Source: Octopus sinensis
Taxonomy: Eukaryota
DNA: 64,000 nucleotides
Direction of reading: 5' to 3'
Assembly (NCBI RefSeq): GCF_006345805.1
Contig: NC_043006.1
Span: 50,034,001 to 50,098,000 of the forward strand
Below, piece by piece: positions 40,649 through 50,964 of this stretch. The position numbers and the translations under genes were made by a program. The notes under the pieces are model-generated. The model was given only the letters and a program-made list of their open reading frames with translations. It did no database searches and was not told the DNA's origin. Every line of letters starts with the position of its first letter. The stretch's first letter is position 1.

Positions 40649-41366
40649 GAGAGAGAGAGAGAGCATGTGTGTATGTAAATGTATATATCTGTCGAGCATT
40701 ACTGTTTTTTTTCTCTGTTTTGTATAAGTCTAAGTCCTTTCACAACTGGAAATGCAGTTGGACAATCACTGTGCAGGTGAAGGCTACTGAGCCAGTAACA
40801 CGGGTCAACAACTACCCTCTTATCTTCAGACAATAAGTCTGTCCCTTTCCTTTAAGACATGTCAATTTTGGAGAAATTCTTGAATCTTAAGATTATCTCC
40901 CCTTCTCAAATGGAGCTGGTTATAACTGTTGTTTGGCAATTATGATACATCATCTAGAGGTGGAAATAATTCTAATGAATCAAGAATTTTTGCTGTAAAC
41001 AATTTAACATGCAAGTATTTCTCTATGATTTTCAAATACAAGCCACTGGCCACTTTGAGGTATTTCTCTTAGTTCATTTTTGTTTATATATGTATATATG
41101 CATATATATGTGTGTGTGTGTATATATCTTTTACTCTTTTACTTGTTTCAGTCATTTGACTGTGGCCATGCTGGAGCACTGCATTTAGTCGAGCAAATCA
41201 ACCCCCAGGACTTATTCTTTGTAAGCTTAGTACTTATTCTATCAGTCTTTTTTGCTGAACCGCTAAGTTAAGGGGACATAAACACACCAGCATTGGTTGT
41301 CAAGTGATGTTGGGGGGACAAACACAGACACACAAACATATACAAACACATACGTGTATATATATA

Positions 41367-42287
41367 CTAGCAGCATAGCCCGGCGTTGCCCGGGTATGTA
41401 AGAGCCCCTAGTAGGCAACGACTAATCCCAATCTAGTCCTTTCCCTCTAGGGAACGAAGGCGCATGTGTAGGTTGCAATGTCTTCTCTTCACTCCCAAAT
41501 AACTATCAAACAGCAATCGATAATTCAACCCAACCAATTCATACCAGGAAGAAATTACTTTACCCCCAACATTCAAACTGCTCCAGCCCTTGGAATGTCA
41601 TCCTCACTGTATGTGGCCAAGCATTATCCTGATGGTAGAATACCTATTGTCTTGGAACAAAAGATGGTCATTTTTTTTTTTTTAGCACAGGTATCGATGA
41701 ATGGTTGGATGACCAAATCCAAGCTTCTCTGCTAATAGCTGCTGCAGCCGCGAGTTATTCGAATACTTTTTTTGTTTACACTTTCTTTATAACTACCACC
41801 CCAAACGTTTTACCTTAAATGGTCCTCGGACGCTACTTGCAAACTCTTGGTTTATTATAAACCGCTTTTGTCGTGTGCATCAAAAAACTTTTTCCATTCG
41901 TTTGTTCAGTTTGGTCACTTTTGACTTTTTCGTTGTTGTCACTCACATTGCTGCCCGCTTTTTTGCCGTTTTTGTACATTTTTATACATTTTGGGATACT
42001 TACCCCACGTGTTCCGAGAGTTAAAAAGGTCGAGTTGCGTCCCCTAGACAGTCTGTAGAAAATGTGTTGAATATAAAAAGCTTAGATTCTCGACCCATGT
42101 CGAATTTATCGATTTTTTTTCAGAACTGGGGGAACTTTTCAAAATTTTCGCTGCGTTAGTTTTGAATTATGACATTGGGCTATGTGTGTGTCAAGTTTCA
42201 TCAGAATCGGTTGAAAGCCGTGGTCAGGGTGAGGGTACAACCTAACAGACACACAGACAGACAAACTGCCGTTTATATATAGAGAGA
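41367..42287 (-). mobile_element. Non-autonomous Helitron (921 bp)
   Basis: The minus strand reads A|TCTCTCTATATATAAA ... CCCGGGCAACGCCGGG (hairpin) CTATGCTG CTAG|T. Inserted between A and T with no TSD. Confidence 0.85.
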
Positions 42288-42421
42288 TATATACGACGGA
42301 CTTCTTTCAGTTTCCGTCTACCAAATCCACTCACTTGGTCAGCCCGAGGCTATAGTAGAAGATACTTGCCCAAGGTGCCACGCAATGGGACTGAACCCTG
42401 TGGTTCGTAAGCAAGCTACTT

Positions 42422-44146
42422 TTATTCATCAAATTGGCCATGAAAGCTGTACACAGATAAGTAGCTGCAGGCTGGACAAGGCCATTAATGTGATAAGGAT
42501 GATAACGATAAAAATGAATAAAAATGGGAGGGGCACTGGCGCCCGTTGACCGATAACCCCCCGAAAACACTGTTCAATTTAAAATTCAAGGAAAATTAAT
42601 ATACAGTAATTAGATACAAGTATAAAAATTCCAAAAACAAAAATTCGTTTTTCATTCATCTTCCTTGTCCGGGCCCCCAAGTAAGTTTCCTGCCGCCTGC
42701 AGGAAAGCCTGCATTGGCAGGCCCGGACGGAGGGACACAAAATCTTCATTATTGCAGCTCCTCCTGACCTCAATTAGTTCTTCTTGGATGACGACCTCTG
42801 CAGCCACCTGGGGAGGCCAACATGGACCGTCTATACAGACCGAGTTGTATTATTCTCGGTCTAGAAGACTATCCAAATACATCTCAACAGGCCCTCCCTT
42901 GAGGTAGAAAATGAAAAGTTCCACCTCTTCCTCATGGGGAGGGACCTCAACCTTTTGTCAGTGGCACAATCCCCACTAACAGAGCTTCTCGTTCCGGTGG
43001 CACACTTTCCACCAGAGGAGCCTCGGGTTCAGTTGGCGGCACAACAACATCTGCCGACCGTCTCTTGTTTCTCTTCCTTCCCCTTTTTCTTTTTGCAGTT
43101 ACGGAAGTCAGGGACTCTATCGGCACACCCAGGAGGTCCTCCTCCTCTCCCACAAGCTGCACTTTAACTGGTGAGCAACCACCATTGCTCACCTTTCTCT
43201 TTCTTTTCATTGAAGCCAACGCCTCGATGACTTCCTCCGTTTCTCCCTGCAATGGGAGAGTGGAGAGCATCTTCCCTTTTCCCTGCTCCAGAACCTAACC
43301 ACGCCCCGTGGCCTGACTACAGGCACGAGTGACACTTGGTGGTGGGGTGACCCTCAAGTATCAAAGGTTACCTTGAGCCACCCATTTTCAAAAAGTCGGG
43401 GAAAGTCATTTCACCCGCGGCCACTGGGGTCCATAGGCTCAAAGTCACCTTTGCACCCTCCCATTCGACCGCAGGTTTTATCTCTATATTTAAGAGCCTA
43501 GGCCCACTATCCCCCAGGCCACGTCGGATGGCATCTGCAATCCACTTCACTTTGGTGCCCGGGAGCAGACCACATACCCAGGCCCTTATCACCTTCTTTC
43601 CACGATATGTGGGAAGAAACAAAATCTCCTCCCATTTCAGGGGCTGGCCTGCTACAGTGCAAGCTTCCTCAGGGGTGTCAAGAAGCAGCCACACCGTGGC
43701 GTATTTGACACCCCTGGTTACATAATAATTTTTGGCTGGCAAACATTTTGCCAGCTCTTTATTAATAATACCCTTGTCGAAGAGGGTGATGGTGTTACGC
43801 GACCTAGAATAGGTGCGTAGTACCACCGTCCTCCTCTCAAGGTTTTTAATCCATTGCTTAGGTGGGACAATCTCCCACTCTAAGGCACTTTTTATATTTG
43901 CCATGTTAAAAAGAAGAAAGAAAGTCCAAATAAATTAACGAGAAGTCCAAAAAGAAATAAACAAGTCAGTCCAAAAAATGAATAAAAAATAAAATTCAAA
44001 AGCAACGCAAAAGCAGTTCCAAAAAGAAAGAAAAACGGCCTTATGCTGATGTTGTTCTTTTTTCTTCAGTTCAATATTGGACAGAGCCAACACACTCACA
44101 TCCACCTCGGTTCTCTGTAAGAAGCAACAGCAACGCACATGTGCGG
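42422..44146 (-). mobile_element. ORF1-only L1/Tx1-type (HAL1-like) retroelement, copy 2, 1725 bp
   Basis: Perfect 15-bp TSD gtaagcaagctactt (42407-42421 and 44147-44161). 243-nt T-rich 5' UTR, one decayed ORF, and a 230-nt 3' UTR ending ATGAATAA. No EN or RT motifs. Confidence 0.85.
42652..43904 (-). pseudogene. Retroelement ORF1 (gag-like, degenerate CCHC zinc knuckle), with stops and frameshifts
   Basis: Reading through the stop after FLKMGGSR gives PLILEGHPTTK-C-HS-C-L*SG-H-GAWL-G, which is CX2CX4HX4(C>G). A basic KRKRGRKRNKRR segment and an acidic C-terminus follow, with TGA at 42652-42654. Confidence 0.75.
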
Positions 44147-45301
44147 GTAAGCAAGCTACTTACCACACAGCCACTCCTAAGCCTATATATATATATATAT
44201 GCAGATATCGAATAGTGAGAATGGGGGCTGAACACTTCATTGATACATCAATATTCTTTATTTGTGATTTAATGAGTCTACCATTGGTTTCATGCTGATA
44301 AATTCTTACCAATCATCAAGCCTGTCACATTGGACATTGGTAACTTGTCTCCATGGAATATATATATATGATGTAAAGTTTTGATTATTGAATTATATCC
44401 TCTTCCGAGGAGGCTAGATCAATCACTTGATGGCAGTTGGTATCAACACCAAATGGGAAAAGGGAGACACATGCAAAAGTTAAGTATTCTCCAAAATTTA
44501 CATGCAATTAAAGAAAAGACAGTCTGATTGTCTGAAGACAAGGGAATAGCTGTAGGTACATTTTTCTTACTCAATAGGTGTCATCAGCACAGCAATTGTC
44601 CTGCCTTAGTTCAGCAAACAAGGCATATAGACATATGCAAAGAAGAAAGAGGAAGTGAGAACACATTTATGGCCAAGATAATTTGCAATACAGTGGCAAG
44701 AAGCATGTATTTGAACAATAAAAATGAATAGGGGTATGTTAAATAAGAGAGAAGATAAATTCTTGATGTACTGAAATTATCGCCAATTCTAGAGAGTAGA
44801 TAAACTAATTGCTTTGAAGTATCTGGTATCAACTCCAGATGAGAAGGGTAGACAATTGCAAAAGTCAAGCATTCTCTAAAATTTGCATACCATTAAGGAA
44901 AAGACAGCCAGAGTTAGTAATTAATCAGTTTATCAAAAATTTTGAATGATTTGTAATTTTCAAACTTTAGAGATTAGGAATCTGGGAAAAAAAATTCAAA
45001 ATATTTTGCCTCATTTCCATAATTTTTGCATTTTAGACTTCTTTTTTCAAAAATAAATACAGTAACAAAAAGGGTTAATACCTACAACTTTAATTTGGGT
45101 AATAGTTAAGAATTTTCTGTAAAAAAAGAAAGTGGTGAGAGGGGGATTCAAAATGAACCTTGCTTCAAAGCTAAATTTGTGAAAAAATTTATTTTGCTTA
45201 ATTGTAATCTCCAATGTTTAGTATGAGGGTGGAGGAGACCAAAATCTTAATAACCTCCATCAGTTTTCTCAAACTTCTGTTCAAGTTCGTCATGTTTATA
45301 T

Positions 45302-46456
45302 TCAACATAGCTGTTTGTTTGCAAGTGATGGTACCGTTACTTGTCCTTTGTCTACGATTATAAGTGGTTCACCTTTATACGTAGTAACGCAGTTGTTGTT
45401 AGGTTTCATATGAGGTTTGACGAAGTCCCAAATTTTGTTTTTTTAATTGATGAGGCATTCCAGTTCACCAGGTTACTTAGCACACATGACACAGTCTCCC
45501 GGAACACTACCTTGCGGTGGTTTCAACAGTTCCACTTTGTCTCTCCCGTTGGCTTCAAGAATCATTCCTTCAGATAAGATACCACGCAGCTTAGCAGGTT
45601 TCAGGTTACATAGGAAAACACCCATGCGACCCTCAATTTCGAACAATGCAAGGGAACCGACCAAACTGGATAACATGTTTCGTGGTTTCTCCTCTCCCAT
45701 ATCAGTTGAAAATGATGATGATGACGATGATATATATATATATATACACACACTGTGCTTGAGGAAACCTATTGAGTCAAGTACATCAACATCAAAAAAT
45801 CAAATGGAAATTGTAGTTGTGATACCTGTGCCGGTGGCATGTAAAATGCACCATCTGAATGTGGCCGATGCCAGTGCCGCCTTGACTGGCTTCCGTGCTG
45901 GTGGCACATAAAAAGCACCCACTACACTCACGGAGTGGTTGGCGTCAGGAAGGGCATCCAACTGTAGAAACACTGCCAGATCAGACTGGAGCCTGGTGCA
46001 GCCTCCTGGCTTCCCATGCTGCATGGAAAACGGACGTTAAACGACGATGATGATTGTGTCAGCATCAGGGTGCTTTTTAGCAGATTTGACAAATCCTACC
46101 CGAATATTTAACTTTGATAAGTCCACATCGGAGATCTTGTTGTTGGTGTTAATAGGAACAACAGGCTTAGGAGCAGCTTTCACATTTTTAACTTCGATTT
46201 CTTTCGTTGGTGAAACTCTCTGGTCTGAAGATTTTTGATCTAAATTTCTTTTGTTCAGAAGAGGTATCTGCTTTATCCCATTACCGATTTCAGCGAGCAG
46301 TAACTTCTTTTTGTACTCATCCACCTCTCTTTTTAATCGTTCATTTTCCCGACAAATTCGTTTTTCTTCTTTGTTCATATTTTTCATTGCTGTATGTTTC
46401 ACTTCTAACTGCTGTTTTAAATTAGTTAGTATTTCCTCGGCATGTTGTGCTGTCAT
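45302..46456 (-). pseudogene. AIMP1: Tandem AIMP1-like paralog, disrupted
   Basis: Colinear with 50089-50964 (ENERLK..YKKKL.LAEIGNGI; RVGFVKSA.KHPDAD; DMGEEKPR; NLKPAKLRG.LSEGMIL; TYKGEPLII). A ~340-bp repeat is inserted after HPDAD. In-frame TAA codons occur at 45473-45475 and ~45443-45445. Confidence 0.88.
45712..46052 (+). mobile_element. RTE-X-type interspersed repeat plus TA/ATC microsatellites, inserted in the AIMP1 paralog
   Basis: Same family as 22543-23030; ends ggaaaacggacgttaaacgacgatgatg. Confidence 0.75.
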
Positions 46457-47707
46457 CGTTTTGGTAAAAAATGTTATTGCTTAGAAGATAAACGTGTTAA
46501 AAAATTAAAAACAATTGAATGTTGTTATTCCGGGTGTGAAGTAATACACTGAAATAGTTAACTATTTTACTGCCGAAAATGAAGTTGCATAGATGCTCTC
46601 ATTGTCTATCCAAGTTGTTGTTTAGCCCCAATTTTAATTCTGACAGAGCAGACTTATCCTCAGAAATGTTACAGCCATGACCATCACATTTTTTTACTTC
46701 AGGTATATCTAGAAGATTTAGTTACTATTTCTAGCAGGCCAAAATATCGTGACTCTAGTCTCAACATCAAATCTTGTCTGTACGCTAGAGAATTGAAACC
46801 ACAAATCTAGTATGTTACCTATCTGTGATTGCCATTTTCCCAGACATCAGTAACTAAACCAGTCCAGCTCATACATGCACAAGTGGCACAATATGGACAT
46901 TGAATAATCTGATCTTGCTCCAGCTCATTCTGAATGAAACACACACATCATCATTTAACGCCCGTTTTCCATGCTAGTATGGGTTGAAACTGCCCAACCC
47001 AAACCAGCATGAAAAACGGACGTTAAATGATGATGTATATGTGTATATTTGTTTTTCATTAGGCAGAAAACTGCAACCAGTGTCACTCTGTTTTGGCAGG
47101 GTTCTTACAGCTGGATGTCCTTCATAACATGTTACAGAGTGGACTTTGTAATTATATATATAATCAATTGTTATTAATCCAAACAAAGGAAGGAATAGAA
47201 GAAATGGAGTTGAAAATACACAGGGAATATATCAATTAAATTATAATTTAAAATAGAGGAATACACTTGACCGATTTGTATGTACTATAACTAAATAATC
47301 TATTTTCGTGTTCCAAACTACAAACATTTACATAAACGATACTGTTAAGATATTTTTAAATATAATTTATAGAATAAATACGATTAACGAAAATATGTTC
47401 AATCAAATGTACCAAGCGCGATGTCTTATTCGCAACATTCTGCATGTGTAAGAATGGACTTGTGAATGTATTTTCGCTAATCCTTTTACTTCTCTTTTAC
47501 TTGTTTCAGTCATTTGACTGTGGCCATGCTAGAGCACCGCCTTTAGTCGAGCAAATCGACACCGGGACTTATTCTTTGTAAGCCCAGTACTTATTCTATC
47601 GGTCTCTTTTGCTGAACCGCTAAGTGACGGGGACGTAAACACACCAGCATCGGTTGTCAAGCAATGCTAGGGGGACAAACACAGACACACAAACACACAC
47701 ATATATA

Positions 47708-48964
47708 CGAGGGACGTTCAATAAGTAATGCCTCTGACCCACTTGCAGTTGTTCGATTTTGCATGCGCAATTATTGATATCTCTATAGATTAAATGGCAA
47801 ATTACAGCTCTGAGCTAATTGTGGTTTCTGATTTACAGGTGTTTGAACTGAGTCAAGTGTGAAATGGAGCCTGTTGAGTGTCGAGCAGTGATCCGGTTTT
47901 TGTATTTGAAAGGACGCACACCACAGGAGACTTTTGATGAAATGAAAGTAACTTATGGTGATGATGCCCCATCATATGACCTTGTAAAACGCTGGCATCG
48001 TGAATTCAAACATGGTCGGAACTCTGTGGAAACAGCTCCCAGATCTGGTCACCCCACTTCTGCCATTGATGAGGTATCTGTCCGTCAAGTTGAGGATGCC
48101 ATTTTGGAAGATCGATGCATAACTATTCGCCAAATAGCCCACAAGGTCAAGATTAGTACCAGGTCTGTGAAAACTATCATTTATGACCATTTGCATATGC
48201 AAAAGGTGTCTGCCAGATGGATTCCCAGGTTGCTCACACCTTTCCAGAAGCAAGAACGCGTCGAGTGCTCGAGGATGAATTTGGAGATGTGCCAAGAAGA
48301 TGAGTCAAAATTTTTCAAAAGACTGATTACACAGGATGAAACCTGGGTCCATCACTATGATTCAGAGACCAAAGCCCAGTCAATGCAGTGGAAGCACCGT
48401 GACTCACCTCCAAAGAAGGCAAGGGTGCAGCCCTCCGCTGGCAAGGTCATGCTCACAGTCTTCTGGGACCAGGACGGAGTAGTGATGACAGATTTCCTGG
48501 CAAAGGGTACCACAATTACAGGAGCCTATTATGCTTCACTTTTGAGGAAATTAAGAGAAGCTATCAAAATCAAGAGGTGGGGCAAGATCAGCAAAGTCAT
48601 CCTCCTCCTGCAGGACAACGCTCTGGTCCACAACTCGCATCTCGCCAGATCAGAAGCACAGGCGTGCTGCTATGAACTCCCCCCCATGCTCCTGACCTTG
48701 CACCCTCTGATTTTCACCTTTTCCCAGCCATGAAGTTGTTTTTGAAAGGAAAGCATTTCACAGATGATGCAGCCTTGATTTCTAAAGTCACGTCGTGGTT
48801 GGAGGACCAAGCTGGGGGTCTTCTCCAGTGCTGCATCAAACGATGGGAGAAATGCGTAACTCTGGGTGGTTCCTATGTAGAAGAAGACTAATAACTGTGC
48901 CAAGTTTCGTTGCTCTACTGCTATGGGAAGTAGGTCAGGGGCATTACTTATTGAACGCCCCTCG
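47708..48964 (+). mobile_element. Full-length mariner (irritans/Himar1-like), 1257 bp
   Basis: TIRs CGAGGG(A/G)CGTTCAATAAGTAATGCC(T/C)CTGACC and TA TSDs at 47706-47707 and 48965-48966. Confidence 0.95.
47864..48892 (+). pseudogene. Mariner DD34D transposase, frameshifted near the third catalytic Asp
   Basis: WIPRLL, ITQDETWVHHYD and LQDNA. The motif (S)PDLAPSDFHLF and the C-terminal RWEKCVTLGGSYVEED* lie in other frames after small deletions. Confidence 0.9.
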
Positions 48965-49936
48965 TATATACATATATACGACAGGCTTCTTTCAGTTTCC
49001 ATCTACCAAATCTACTCACAAGGCATTGGTCGGCCCGGGACTATAGCAGAAGACACTTGCCCAAGATGCCACGCAGTGGGACTGAACCCGGAACCATGTG
49101 GTTGGTTAGCAAGCTACTTACCACACAGCCACTCCTGCGCCTATATTGTTAAGATATTTTAAAATATAATTTATAGAATAAATACGATTAACGAAAATAT
49201 GTTCAATCAAGTGTACCAAGCGCGATGTCTTATTCGCAACATTCTGCATGTGTAAGGATGGACAAATAAATTTGGCACTCGTGAATGTATTTTCGCTAAT
49301 CCTTTTACTTCTGTTAAGTTTTACAATTTTATTTTAAAACGAAAGTCTATAATGGACCAAGGCATTCGATAACAGTATTTAAAGAAAGTGAGCGTCCCAT
49401 GATAAGTGTAAATCGATGGAATGTGTATTGTATAGTACTGCCCGTTCACCTCTCGATTCTTACTACAGCTGTTTTATATTTTAAAACTACTGTATGAACA
49501 AACTAACAAAGGAGACTACGTTGCAACTAAGCTCGTTAGAAAAGCAGCTAATCTCCTTCGAACCATCCCCTGCATCTTAAAAGAGACATGTTGGATAATA
49601 GTGTCTGGGGTACATTATTGCTGAAAATAAAAGTGGATGGTCATGGCTGGAATGGCTTTGATCTGTCTGCAACAGAACAGCCAACTTCGGGTTAAACAAT
49701 AATATTTGTACGAAAATACACATTTTTACAGACAATTCAATGATCGTAAGAAATATTTTAATGGGGTGGGGAAAATAAATTCCTTTATATCTTTCAAATG
49801 TATATTTAATTTGCTTTCATTTTTTGTTCACTGTCAATAATTACATGAAATATAACTATAGCAATTTACAGTTGACATATTTCTACACTTAGCCCTCAAG
49901 CAAAAATAAACACATAATTACCATAATAATTCCGTA

Positions 49937-49942
49937 TTTATT
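49937..49942 (-). promoter_or_regulatory. Candidate polyadenylation signal (AATAAA) of AIMP1
   Basis: First AATAAA seen on the minus strand, ~147 nt after the stop codon. Confidence 0.45.
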
Positions 49943-50088
49943 AATACTTGTATGTTGATACTGAAAAGTTAGAGTGAGAAGAAAAAAAAAACAGTTTAAA
50001 AAAGTCATAAGGAAGGAAGGAGGGATGGAAAAGTAAAAAACTTTCAATCTGGTTTCACAAACATTTTCTCCTGCTGTAAAAGTTCTGA

Positions 50089-50964
50089 TTAACAAATCTG
50101 ACTGTCAGATACTGATGGTACTGTCACCTGTCCTTTGCCCTCGATTATAAGTGGTTCACCTTTATAGGTAGCAACGCAGCTGTTGTTGGTTTTTACGTCT
50201 GGTTTAACGAAGTCCCAAATTTTGTTTTTAGGAGTGATGACGCGTTCCGGTTCGCCGGGGTATTTGGCACACACGACACGGTCACCCGGAACACTTCCTG
50301 GTGGTGGTCTCAACAGTTCAACTTTGTCTCCGTTGTTGGCACCAAGAATCATTCCTTCAGATAAGACACCACGCAGCTTAGCAGGTTTCAGGTTACTTAA
50401 GAAAACACACAAATGGCCCTCAATATCCGACAACGGAACGGCACCAACGAGACCGGAAACTACAGTTCGTGGTTTCTCTTCTCCCATATCGACTTCTTCA
50501 ACGTACATCTTGTCAGCATCAGGGTGCTTTTGTGCAGACTTAACAAATCCTACCCGGATATGTAATTTGGATACATCCACCTCAGAAGTCTTGTTGTCGG
50601 AATTAACGGGAGCAGCAGCCTTAGGGGTAGCAGGCTTAGGAGCAGCTTTCACTTTTTTAACTTCGAGTTCTTTCGTTGGTGAAACTCTCTGGTCTGTAGT
50701 AATTTGATCTAAATTCCTTTTGTTCGGAATAGGTATCTGTCTTATCCCATTACCGATTTCGGCGAGCATTAACTTCTTTTTGTAGTCACCCACCTCGATT
50801 TTCAGTCGTTCATTTTCCCGACGGATTCGTTCTTCTTCTTTTTTCACAATATTTTTCATTGCTACACGTTTCACGTCTTCTAGTTGGTGTTTCAACTTAG
50901 CCAGGATTTCTTCGGCAAGAGTGGCCCGTTGACTTAGGTGCCGGATCGCAGATTCAGATGTCAT
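50089..50964 (-). CDS. AIMP1: AIMP1/p43 (aminoacyl-tRNA synthetase complex-interacting multifunctional protein 1; EMAP-II domain), 291 aa, intronless CDS
   Basis: N-terminal coiled coil (RATLAEEILAKLKHQLE...RENERLK), Lys/Pro/Ala linker, and OB-fold tRNA-binding EMAP-II domain (RVG..KHPDAD..YVEEVD.GE..PRTVVSGLV, NLKPAKLRGVLS, PP.GSVPGDRV, PK.KIW, CVATYKG). The ORF is uninterrupted. Confidence 0.93.
   Translation of the reverse strand: MTSESAIRHLSQRATLAEEILAKLKHQLEDVKRVAMKNIVKKEEERIRRENERLKIEVGDYKKKLMLAEIGNGIRQIPIPNKRNLDQITTDQRVSPTKELEVKKVKAAPKPATPKAAAPVNSDNKTSEVDVSKLHIRVGFVKSAQKHPDADKMYVEEVDMGEEKPRTVVSGLVGAVPLSDIEGHLCVFLSNLKPAKLRGVLSEGMILGANNGDKVELLRPPPGSVPGDRVVCAKYPGEPERVITPKNKIWDFVKPDVKTNNSCVATYKGEPLIIEGKGQVTVPSVSDSQIC

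Larger units (their letters stand above)
41128..44190 (-). mobile_element. SINE family 1 copy interrupted twice (Helitron in the microsatellite; ORF1 element in the head)
   Basis: Tail 41128-41366, middle 42288-42421 and head start 44147-44190 reassemble into one colinear SINE. Confidence 0.85.
47494..49145 (-). mobile_element. SINE family 1 copy (with nested mariner) flanked by a ~150-bp direct duplication
   Basis: Tail starts at 47494 and head ends at 49145. Flanks 47343-47493 and 49147-49312 are near-identical. Confidence 0.85.

Noticed and set aside
45712-46052. Insertion in the AIMP1 paralog as a newly gained intron
   Set aside because: No GT donor at the 5' junction, several codons are lost, and downstream in-frame stops remain.
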